Shown here one piece after another: positions 53,971 through 64,000 of a stretch of DNA of 64,000 nucleotides (position 1 is its first letter; every line of letters begins with the position of its first letter). Position numbers and translations under genes: made by a program. The DNA is from Tubiluchus corallicola (Eukaryota; Animalia; Priapulida), in NCBI GenBank assembly GCA_030141605.1, contig JAQGDQ010000772.1, positions 34,034 through 98,033 on the forward strand, in the 5' to 3' direction. The notes beneath the pieces are model-generated. The model was given only the letters and a program-made list of their open reading frames with translations, had not been told where the DNA came from and made no database searches.

Positions 53971-54482
53971 GCCTGTTCCAGTAAGTGACAGACTCATCTT
54001 AGCTGCCTGTTCCAGTAAGTGACAGACTCATCATAGCTGCCTGTTCCAGTAAGTGAGAGACTCATCTTAGCTGCCCCAAAAAACCACACCCCCAAAACAA
54101 CCACACGCCTGTTCCAGTAAGTGACAGATCATCTTAGCTGCCTGTTCCAGTAAGTGACAGACTCATCATAGCTGCCTGTTCCAGTAAGTGAGAGACTCAT
54201 CTTAGCTGCCTGTTCCAGTAAGTGAGAGACTCATCTTAGCTTCCTGTTCCAGTAAGTGACAGACTCATCTTAGCTGCCTGTTCCAGTAAGTGACAGACTC
54301 ACCTTAGCTGCCTGTTCCAGTAAGTGACAGACTCATCTTAGCTTCCTGTTCCAGTAAGTGACAGACTCATCTTAGCTTCCTGTTCCAGTAAGTGACAGAC
54401 TCATCTTAGCTGCCTGTTCCAGTAAGTGACAGACTCATCTTAGCTGCCTGTTCCAGTAAGTGACAGAGTCATCTTAGCTGCC
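53971..54482. repeat. 34-bp minisatellite, 14 units, with one 34-nt A/C-rich interruption
   Basis: Unit GCCTGTTCCAGTAAGTGACAGACTCATCTTAGCT. Confidence 0.98.
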
Positions 54483-54549
54483 CTTATACTTGAGTTTGCT
54501 AATCTATTACATTTTTTCATTATAATCTGCTTCTGTCAATTTAACCCAG

Positions 54550-54762
54550 CCAAGAAGCTTGCTGAGACGATTCAGGCTAGCATGGATGCGGTTCCTGCAT
54601 GCGACGTTGACGGAGGTATGGATGACGATGATGTTGATGATGATGATGATGATAGTGTGAAGCACCGTGCATGTGTTGTACCTCAGTCACCTTTGCGTTT
54701 ATTGCATGATTATTTGTCTAATTCGCAGCATGAATCTTCTGATGTTCACGCTTGCCGAACAG
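54550..54762 (+). CDS. WDFY3: Candidate lineage-specific, Asp-rich cassette exon of WDFY3 (213 nt, phase 1-1)
   Basis: aacccag|CCAAG...CGAACAG|gtattt; 71 codons open in the WDFY3 frame; flanking phases match exons 11 and 12; no counterpart in human WDFY3 as I recall it. Confidence 0.62.
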
Positions 54763-56421
54763 GTATTTAACACCTTCCTTGTTTTTATGTGTGTAATGAG
54801 AGCGTATAACTGCGCATTCATAGACTGATAACAAAATGATTGAATTTGTGAATATTGCAGTCACGTTGTTGTGTTCAGAAATCTGTTACTTGCACTTTTA
54901 AGGTTTATTTATACGTAATCATTTGTATGCCTAAACTTTGAACGAAGTACAAGATGCGGTCTTTTTTATTGAATGGATAATTGTAGAAAAATGCATTGTT
55001 GTTTAATTCAATAACCTAGGTCCAAGAATGATTGATGTTGTACCACCCAGTAATAAATTTATCTTTCAACGTTGGTTTTTTGTGTGAGTTTTGTTTCTGC
55101 ACTAGAAATTGGCTTGATATTTGATGCACTTCCTCAGTGCTTGTCTTTTGAAATATCCGGGGGAAGCTGCAAATAGTTCCCCTGAAATTCTCCAGGGTGA
55201 GTAATAATTTTCGTGTAGAACTAATAACTGAGTCAGTAAATGACTCTGCCGACCTTATGTGACCCTGGTGTATTTCCACTGCATACAAACAATGACCTTT
55301 TGCTACCTGTTATATTAAGCATCTGTTAATCTTGACGTCTAGCTATTTTGTCATAAGTTTTTTATAGCCTAATGAATAAGTTATAAGTTTATTTATTTCC
55401 ACTCTGCATCTAACAGTTATAATAAAAATACAGATAATTTCGCTGAAGTAAATATAAATATAAATGCAACATTATCCAGAAATTACAAAAGAGATTCTTA
55501 TGCAGCATATACATGTGCAAATTACATTACAGAATGATTTTGATGCATACAGTTTGAGCCTAAAAGCATAGCTTGACAGGCCAAGCTGTACGTGGGGGGA
55601 GTAGTGAATGAAAGATGAAATGGAGCGAGAATGTCTGAGTTATTCGCTTTTGACAGTATGTTCTACGCGAAAGACTAATACAGCACATATGACTGCGAGT
55701 AGTGCAATTACACACTTGCATTGTTTTTTTAACTCGCCCCTAGATGGCAGACAAAGATTGCTCAGTCGCCATAGCAACACCAACTTTAGCACTGTCCATT
55801 CTGGCAGTGTAATGTTAGAAGCTGCAGCAGGACAATGCACACAAGCGCCTGCGTGTCACAAACACCATACCAACCTATTGTTCCAGCTAAGCTGTGGCTT
55901 GCTGCTGCGTGAAATTTTACACAATTTTTTTTACAAATATCCATCATTAGCGCACAGAAATTTATGCCCTGCATTTGTATAAACAACATATTCCAGTTGG
56001 TTATTTCATTAGCTATTTGAAGATGTTTTTTGTTTTTGTTTAAGTAGAAATAACTTAACTACTTGAGAAAAATCTGCCGGCATCCCATGAAAAACATGTG
56101 CAGACTAGTGGGTCCAGTGGTTCTGGAGTTTCTTGTTTCTTATATTTTGGTAGGGGCTGATCCAGATTAGGTAAGGGGGGGACATGGGGACATGCTAAAT
56201 CAGAACTGAAATCATACTAGTTGATGATTAACTAGACCCTCAAAAGGCAAGCACTGCTTCATTATGTTGGGTACGCATTGTTCACATTCGAGTGTTGTTG
56301 CACTACAGCCTCTTATATGTTTTTAATACATTTATCTTTTCCATTGTTCTTTTGTTGATAGGATTCAATGTTGTTTGAACGATGACAAATAACTAAATTT
56401 CTTGTACTTGCATTTATTTAG

Positions 56422-56511
56422 GCCCTGAAATACCAGAAGATTTGAAAACGTTGGGCTTTCTAGTCATGGATGCGTTGACATTATTGTTAAGCAACAGTTC
56501 AAGTAATGCTA
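56422..56511 (+). CDS. WDFY3: WDFY3 coding exon 12: (G)PEIPEDLKTLGFLVMDALTLLLSNSSSNA(S)
   Basis: atttag|GCCCT...GCTA|gtaagt, phase 1-1. Confidence 0.95.
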
Positions 56512-56974
56512 GTAAGTGTTTATTTGTCAATGTGTATGTTGTGTTTTGTTTCTCTCGGAAGGCTCGTAGAGAAAACCAGAAAACACGTCGTAAAATAAAA
56601 CTACTTTATTTAGCGAGAATTCTACACACAAAAGCATGAAGGAACGAGAAATGATTATACTAAACGTGAAAATCTGGAAAACGTTTAAGTATATCTGAAA
56701 AGGTTAGTATACAAGTATTAGTTCCTTGTTAAATCTGTGTGCTCTGTGTGCTGTCGTGTCGGCGGCCTGCTTCGCCTTATACAGCGAGCTGTAGAAACTT
56801 CCAGAACAAATGTTCGAGAACAATCCAGACGGTAAGGCGATCATCCCGACGGAACATTCTACGATGTTCTATGCAATTCTAATTGACGCCAGCGATCTTC
56901 ACAACAGTGTACAGCGACTGCTGAAGTACAACAACAAATTGCTCAGCGATGGGTAATCTTCGGCGCATTTAATC

Positions 56975-57854
56975 TAGTGTTGCTCCGTATGCACTTCTTT
57001 GCCGGATAGCAAATACCGGATATCATCGAATATTTCCTTGCATTGACTTCCAGATTCGGATTATAACCGGATAGGCTAGCTAAATTCGGATCGAATATGC
57101 GGATCAGTTCGGATAATGGAAAATTTGTAAATGTTTGCTAACTTTATTCATTTACATTGTGATCTTAAATCATCTAGCCCAGGGGTGTGCAAACTGCGGC
57201 CCGCCGAGAGATCTTGTGCTATCGGCCCGCGAAGAGGTTTGTCAACGTAATGAAAGTGCGGCCCGCGCGATCCAGCTGAAGTCTGTGCCAATATCGCAAA
57301 AATAGTGCGGGTAGTTTTTTCCTCTAGATCGGCTGGCATTAACCCTTACAAGACCGTTGTCACTTAATGTCACCGTCGGACATGACGAAATATATGATTT
57401 TTAATATGACTTTTTATAACTTCTAAAATAGTTACTTGAGTGTAGTAGCGCAGTAGTGATGATGTGCAGAAATCGGATGCAAAAAAAATCGTTATTAGGT
57501 CCTACTGTACTTGGCTCCTTGACCAAACTACATCTGGCCCACAGGAATTGTGGGATTGTTTAATGTGGCCCGGCCAGTCAGATAATTTGCACACCCCTGG
57601 TCTAGCCTGAAGATACACACCGTATTACCACATACAAACGAAAATTATGTTTGTAAAATTTTGATCTTCAAAATACAAACACAGGCTAAAACGGCTGTTA
57701 AATTATTTCAAGTTGCAAATTACGAAAACCGGATGGCGAATATTTGTAAATGCCAAATTTTTATAACTACCGGATAATATCTGATACGAATACCTGCAAA
57801 ATATTGCGAATATCACCATTTTTGGATACGAATCGGTTATCCGCAGCAACACTA
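56975..57854. mobile_element. hAT (Ac-like) MITE that hosts a nested Charlie-like MITE
   Basis: TIR TAGTGTTGCT / AGCAACACTA; 8-bp flanks ATTTAATC/ATTTAGTC; CGGATA/CGAATA subterminal repeats. Confidence 0.85.
57180..57599. mobile_element. hAT (Charlie-like) MITE, nested
   Basis: TIR CAGGGGTGTGCAAA / TTTGCACACCCCTG; TSD ATCTAGCC/GTCTAGCC. Confidence 0.92.
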
Positions 57855-58240
57855 ATTTAGTCTGTGAATTTGAAAGTTTTGTGTCATAAATACGTATCTC
57901 ACTGCCGTTAGTTTTCTTTCTGTGTTTGACTTGCATACTAGGCAAGATTAGAAAAAAGCTTTTCTATGAATGATTGGCAGAAGTTTGGCTGTATATACAT
58001 CACTGCATTACAAGGTGAAAATTGCAGTGATTCATATTTGCTTACAAATAAAAATAGAATAGAAAATAGAAAGAGTTTGAAAATCCAGGTAGACTTTTTG
58101 GTATTTCAGGTAGAAATTTAGACTGGTAACATTTAGATTTGTGACACAGTCAGTAATGGCTTCACGTCAGCAAATCAGCGTCTGCAATCTTGCAACTGTG
58201 TCACTTTTTTTTTATTCAAATTGCAATGGCTTCGTTTCAG

Positions 58241-58434
58241 GCGTGTTTCGTGAATGTGGCGGCGCTAGATGCGCTCACAACATGGTACCGTACACCGAGT
58301 GCCGCCAGCAAGCATTGGGTATCGTACAGCAGCTGGTGCTGTCATCTGGCGGTGATGATGATATGGGGACGTTGCTGGGACTCATGCACACTGCTCCTCA
58401 AACAGCCCTGGACTTGAAAACTCATGTATTAAAG
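58241..58434 (+). CDS. WDFY3: WDFY3 coding exon 13: (S)VFRECGGARCAHNMVPY...DDDMGTLLGLMHTAPQTALDLKTHVLK
   Basis: tttcag|GCGTG...AAG|gtacag, phase 1-0, 194 nt. Confidence 0.98.
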
Positions 58435-59070
58435 GTACAGAAATTATGCCGTAATTTTGTAATTTATTATCACTTCAGCATGTATTTATCCATTACAATT
58501 TGCATTATTATCTTTAACTATTATGCCCTATAACCAGAAAATGAAATATAGTTACAATAATTGTAACAGAACTACATTAGTACACTATAGCATGATATAG
58601 TTAGGGAAAAATTCCAGATATAATTACAAAAATTTAACAGAAGTATATTAACATAGTTACTAAACTACATAATAGTTTGTCAACAAGAAATAGATGCTGC
58701 ATGGTGGTCAAGAAGCAAAGCTTGTAAGACGACCATGAAAAGTGAAAAAAACGACTTAATTTACAAGAGAGAGAATTATAGAAAAACGGAATAGTTAAGA
58801 TAAAATAATAGACAGAGATAGAGAAAAAGAGAAAAGAAATGAATTAGAAAGAAGTTCAATTCACTATTATGTTCATTGAGAGATAAGTTACAGAAGGTCA
58901 CTGAATTTTACCACATTTATAACAATTGTGCAAGTATGGCTACGTTTTATAAAAAAAGACATTCAGCAGTGACCATTACTGCAGCAAAAAATTAGGTCCG
59001 TGTATCAAAGTTATTACAGGTATGTTCCATTCTGGGAACATCGGAAGTTTTTGTCACATAAAAGTTATTT

Positions 59071-59165
59071 CAAAAGGCATGAGAACAATCAAAAGGCATG
59101 AGAACAATCAAAAGGCATGAGAACAATCAAAAGGCATGAGAACAATCAAAAGGCATGAGAACAAT
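59071..59165. repeat. 19-bp unit x5
   Basis: CAAAAGGCATGAGAACAAT repeated five times. Confidence 0.97.
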
Positions 59166-59329
59166 ACAAAAATAGTTTGCATTTGGCTATGTTATGGTTT
59201 ATAATGTATCAGTTTAGCTAAAACATTAAATAGCAAAATAATTTAAGTGGAATTTTATTAAAGAAAAATACCAAGTAACATTTTTCAGAGGTTTTTAGTA
59301 AAAAATGAAATACAGATGGGTTTCCTTTT

Positions 59330-59841
59330 TAGGGTTACCATACGTCCGGGTTTCCCCAGACATGTCCTCTTTTTGGGCCTCTGTCCAGGCGGGTTTTCAA
59401 AAAATCGGCAGTTTGTCCGGGTTTTGCCTCAATCCGTAAGTATGTACGGACGTTGCCAACTGCAGAGGCGTACGACAGTACGAGACAAAGAAAAGCTCGT
59501 TAATTTTCAGTACAAGGTGTTGCTAACATGTCAAAATGCAACCCTTGTAAAAGCTTTATGTACATATTTACTGAACAAAAGTAAGCGATGCGCACATCAC
59601 TATGGGTCACACTGCTGTCGATACTCGGCATATTTGCTAACGACTTAACATGACGTCAGCTTCCGGGAGCCATTTTGTTTGTTTTTATGTGAATTTCTTT
59701 AAATTTGTATAGTTTCGCTTTTTTGCAGTTTTGAGCAACTTGTAAAAGTTAATTAGAAAGTAGCAATGTGTGCATTTACAGATGAAATGAGAGCCAACTA
59801 CCCGTGTCCTCTTTTTCAACTCGGACAATATGGTAACCCTA
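59330..59841. mobile_element. hAT (Blackjack-like) MITE
   Basis: TIR TAGGGTTACCATA / TATGGTAACCCTA; 8-bp flanks TTCCTTTT/TTCCTTGT. Confidence 0.9.
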
Positions 59842-61326
59842 TTCCTTGTGAACTTCTCATAATGTGCATTACACTCTCCAGTGCATTGATAACGAGCGGT
59901 CAATACCATGTTTTCCACAAAGGGTTGGATGATTCATCATGGTCCACCCGAACTACTCTACCCATGCTTTCGTTGTAAGCAGTTACCAAATGAGGCTGTT
60001 GCAAATTCTTGATTCTAAATATTTTTCACTTTTCTTGTTACCTTGTGTAGTGGCTCATGTGTATAGTTTCATATTCAGGGAAAGTTGCATTTTATAACAC
60101 ACCGCAGACAATTAGTGTGAGCGTATTTTATATAAGTGCTATATAACAAACAGGTGCAAGGTGCAGCACAAGCAGTTGTGCAGCCTGTTTGAATATAAGT
60201 GCCATGCGAATATGTGTAACTAATAACGACCGTGTAGAAACTATGTTAATAGTGTTTTTAATACACGATAAGTAATTATTTAATCTACTCATTACATTAT
60301 GTGTATCATGTTGGCTATGGCAATGGTAGAGTTACGATATTACTTTGAAAAACAAACTTTGCCATCAATTTAAAGTCAAACGAACCCCTCGCTCCATTTC
60401 TTCATTCATTAGTTGAAATGTTGTCACTAAAGTACCGAGAAGCGTGAAGAACATGCAAAACAGAGATGTGCAATGATTCATCTGTTAAATATTCACAACT
60501 GAGGCATAAGTTGAGTTTATCGGAAGAACTGACTAGTCTACCATTCTTGGAAGAAATGCTACTAACCACCTTCTATCATTTAAGTTTTATATGTTGAGAA
60601 ATGGCCATTTTTTCCAATAGAGGAACATGAAAGTTTTGCTGTAACTTTAGATAGTATTGTAAAAATATGAACTCCCGTTTATTTTATAGTTGATTATCTA
60701 CAGAAAAGTACTACAAAAAAAACTAAACCGAAATCCGAAAACTTATGTTTAAGTTACTGATGAACCCACTACAGAATTATAGCTTTTATTTTTGTTTAGT
60801 CAAATTTTGTGGCACACCCATTTGATGTTCCATTTTTGGAACATTAGCAGGAAAAGGGTTTTTCAATGTTTCATCATTTTTTTTGATTTCAAGAACTGAT
60901 TCAATGCACAAATAAGTGTGGATGATAATTTCTGTCCAATAGTACTGATTTTTATTTAAAAAACTGGATATTATTGCTGGTTGTGAGAAGTAAAAATTAT
61001 TGTCGTTGTGATCGTTCACTTTCACTTTTTGTGCCTTATAAATATTATTAAGTGATTTGCAAAATCTTACAAATATGACACGGTTGCCTTGTTTCCAGAA
61101 AAAATATACATATAATGTCCTTAGTCACATTACAGTTACAGTTGACTTTATTTAATGTCGGTTTGTAGTAGAAAGAAGATTAGTCTCCGACATATTTTCC
61201 GACATAAAGACGTCCTCATTAACCACGTGTAATGATTTTAAAAACTGACAAAAAAGGTGTTGCATATTGAATGTTTTGTATGAGTCTGCCAGTATTTTAG
61301 TAATTGCTGTATTTGTTGTATTTCAG

Positions 61327-61465
61327 TCTCTGTTGACTGTGCTTAGAGAGAGCCATCGCACTCGAACTGTTTTTCGCAAAGTTGGTGGTTTTGTGTACGT
61401 GATGTCTGTGCTTGTATCTATGGAAGGCTGCTTGGCCGATCCGCCCAAGTCTCCGTGGGAAAATG
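61327..61465 (+). CDS. WDFY3: WDFY3 coding exon 14: SLLTVLRESHRTRTVFRKVGGFVYVMSVLVSMEGCLADPPKSPWEN(V)
   Basis: tttcag|TCT...AATG|gtaagc, phase 0-1. Confidence 0.98.
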
Positions 61466-61889
61466 GTAAGCTCAAATGGATGTTAAAGTAATGAAAAGAA
61501 GTAAATAGTGTGTTGATGATAATAAACCTGCATCAGTTTTAATTAGATGGTTTAATTATTATTGAAACATTGTAAGTTGTAAGATTTTTGAAGTTGCAAG
61601 ATGTGCTTTTTTTCAATCATTTTCCATTTGCTAGTTTGTCATTTTTATTGAAGTTTCTGCATCTCTTGGTGTTACGTCTTACAAGCTGAAATACCCAACT
61701 TTGCTGCTATAATTGGAGTGCGATTTAAGAACTTCATTTTGCAACATGCTAATGTGCACAAGTCAATGTAAGTTGTGTAAATTTGCATGATTGCTACCAA
61801 AGAGTCGCGTATCATGATCCATTTGTTTTTTTTTCCGTAAAGTCATTGGTTGTTGGTTGTCTGTTTGATCATAATCTTAATCACAATTA

Positions 61890-62667
61890 CACATCACACC
61901 TATGACAGTAGGCTATCACATATCACAGCTATCACAGTAGGGTATCACGTATCACACCTTTCACAGTAGGGTATCACATATCATATATGTAATGGTAGGG
62001 TATCACATCTCACATCTGTCACAGTTTGATGTCGCATATCACACCTGTCACAGTTTGATGTCACATATCACACCTGCCACAGTAGGGTATCACATCACAC
62101 CTGTCACAGTTTGATGTCACATATCACACCTGCCACAGTAGGAGTAGGGTATCATATATCACACCTGTCACAGTAAGGTATCACATATCACATCTGTCAC
62201 AGTAGGGTATCACATATCACACCAGTCACAGTAGGGTATCACGTATCACACCTGTCACAGTAGGGTATCACATATAACACCAATCACAGTAGGGGATTAC
62301 ATATCACACCTGTCACAGTAGGGTATCACATATCACATCTGTCACAGTAGGGTATCACATATCACACCAGTCACAGTAGGGTATCACGTATCACACCTGT
62401 CACAGTAGGGTATCACACCTGTCACAGTAGGGTATAACATATCACACCTATCACAGTAGGGTATCACATATAACACTAGTCACAGTAGGGTATTACATAT
62501 CACACCTGTCACAGTAGGGTATCACATATCACACCTGTCACAGTAGGGTATCACATATCACACCTGTCACAGTAGGATATCACACCTGTCACAGTAGGGT
62601 ATCACATATCACACCTGTCACAGTAGGGTATCACATATCACACCTGTCACAGTAGGGTGTCACACAT
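61890..62667. repeat. 29-bp minisatellite, about 26 units with variants
   Basis: Unit CACACCTGTCACAGTAGGGTATCACATAT; the left end is more diverged. Confidence 0.96.
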
Positions 62668-63288
62668 CGTACCCCTCACTTAACGTCATAAATTACAAAA
62701 GAGAAGTGGTATAACAGCACATCTTTCGATCAGTAATTTAATTAAAGTGCAAGATTAATGCCAAATGGTCATGCTGTGAATAAATTAAAACAAAATCTGA
62801 GTCCAACGATTGTGTAAGAATTCATCAGTTTAGATCCTAAAATGTCTGTAAACGATTAACAGGGGATCTGAATCCGAGTTAATTAAGGTATAGTCTAAAT
62901 GTGTGTCAGTCAATTAAAATAAAATCTAGTTAAAATGTTTTGAGGCATTGACTTAAAGTTCATTGGGGCAGTTCTAGATGAACTGTTTTACAAGCGCTGG
63001 CACAGAAAATACACAGTTCCTATGAAATTTAATGTTACGTTATATAATCTAACTGAATAACATTGCATACCTTGAGGAGAAGACGGGAATGTGTTGGTGA
63101 AATAGCTGAGGTTAAACAAAAGCGTTTTATTGAGGCCGCTGTTTTGTATGTAAAACAGAGCATTTTCAAAACAATCGTGCTTTCAACAAGCAATCTCCGT
63201 AAATTTCTAGAAATGTATCGAGTCGTTGTATGCTCTATCATTTTTTTCGTTACTTCGTTATTATATATTAATTATTTTTCTGTTGTAG

Positions 63289-63389
63289 TTGACAGGAAAG
63301 AGGTTTTATCATTACTGAAAACCGTGTTCAATACTCTAACTGTAGCAATGAGGTTTGAACCTGCGAATGCAAAGTTCTTTGCGACTGAG
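63289..63389 (+). CDS. WDFY3: WDFY3 coding exon 15: (V)DRKEVLSLLKTVFNTLTVAMRFEPANAKFFATE; the gene continues beyond the window
   Basis: ttgtag|TTGAC...GAG|gtaagc, phase 1-0; human has TLTAAMRYEPANSHFFKTE. Confidence 0.97.
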
Positions 63390-63584
63390 GTAAGCCGTCT
63401 TTTGTAGGCGCTCGAGGGGTGCCTAACTATAGCAAGCAAGTTGTATTCTAGGGGACAGATTCGTTTGGATGGAACTCGTCACCCTGCTCAATTTGAAAAT
63501 TATTTTATCGGGAATTATAACAAATTTCCGCACCTGCTGCTGTTGAATTGATAGAACTGCCTTTCTGGCATTTCAGACCTTTCA

Positions 63585-63838
63585 GACTGGACGGTTTAGT
63601 CTAGTGGTAATGCGTTTGCTTTCCGTCTGGGAGGTCGTGAGTTCGAACCAGCGGCCGGGTCGTACCAAAGACTTTAAAAATGGTACCTGCTGTTGCCCTG
63701 CCCGACGCGTGGTATTTAGGGTAAAAGTGGGGTAATAATAGTCTCTGTTATGTAGTTGTAGGTTGTTATTTACAGTCGGCGATAATAGCTCTTTGAGCTA
63801 ATGTTAATTGTTGACCCAAAAGTCGACTTTAAATAAAG
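63585..63838 (+). mobile_element. tRNA-derived SINE, MetaSINE-like
   Basis: A box TAGTCTAGTGG (63597-63607), B box GAGTTCGAACC (63639-63649), central GGTCGTACCAAAGACTTTAAAAATGGTACCTGCTG resembling the Meta domain, AATAAA and an (ATT)n tail. Confidence 0.8.
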
Positions 63839-63990
<152 letters not shown>

Positions 63991-64000
63991 ACCACCAGCA

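Noticed and set aside
60360-61000. Faint transposase-like peptide fragments on the minus strand
   Set aside because: Too many stops and frameshifts to assign a family by eye
63585-63660. Possible tRNA gene
   Set aside because: The acceptor stem does not close, and the sequence continues into a SINE body and tail

Overview
AT-rich, intron- and transposon-rich genomic DNA from an animal (a bilaterian invertebrate; the species cannot be determined from the sequence). It holds two divergently transcribed, multi-exon genes. (1) CaMKII on the minus strand: the first three coding exons (14539-14603, 11848-11942, 6580-6639; 65/95/60 nt), with the gene continuing past the left edge. (2) WDFY3/ALFY (blue cheese) on the plus strand: 15 coding exons from the ATG at 31208 to 63389 (2127 nt, 709 aa of the N-terminal region), continuing past the right edge. 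All exon junctions were checked by hand for GT-AG and phase. The rest is decayed CR1/L2-group LINEs, many MITEs (hAT, Kolobok-like TTAA, pogo/Tigger-like TA, Harbinger), a tRNA-derived MetaSINE-like element, and several mini- and microsatellites. The most interesting observations are splicing-related. An unexpected 213-nt, frame-preserving, Asp-rich candidate cassette exon lies in the variable loop of WDFY3. It is directly preceded by a 34-bp minisatellite in which the units carry AG-12 nt-GTAAGT. A retroelement-derived hairpin just downstream of CaMKII exon 2 duplicates that exon's 5' splice site and is also complementary to it. There is no CRISPR array or prokaryotic system; most of the short ORFs in the track are spurious.
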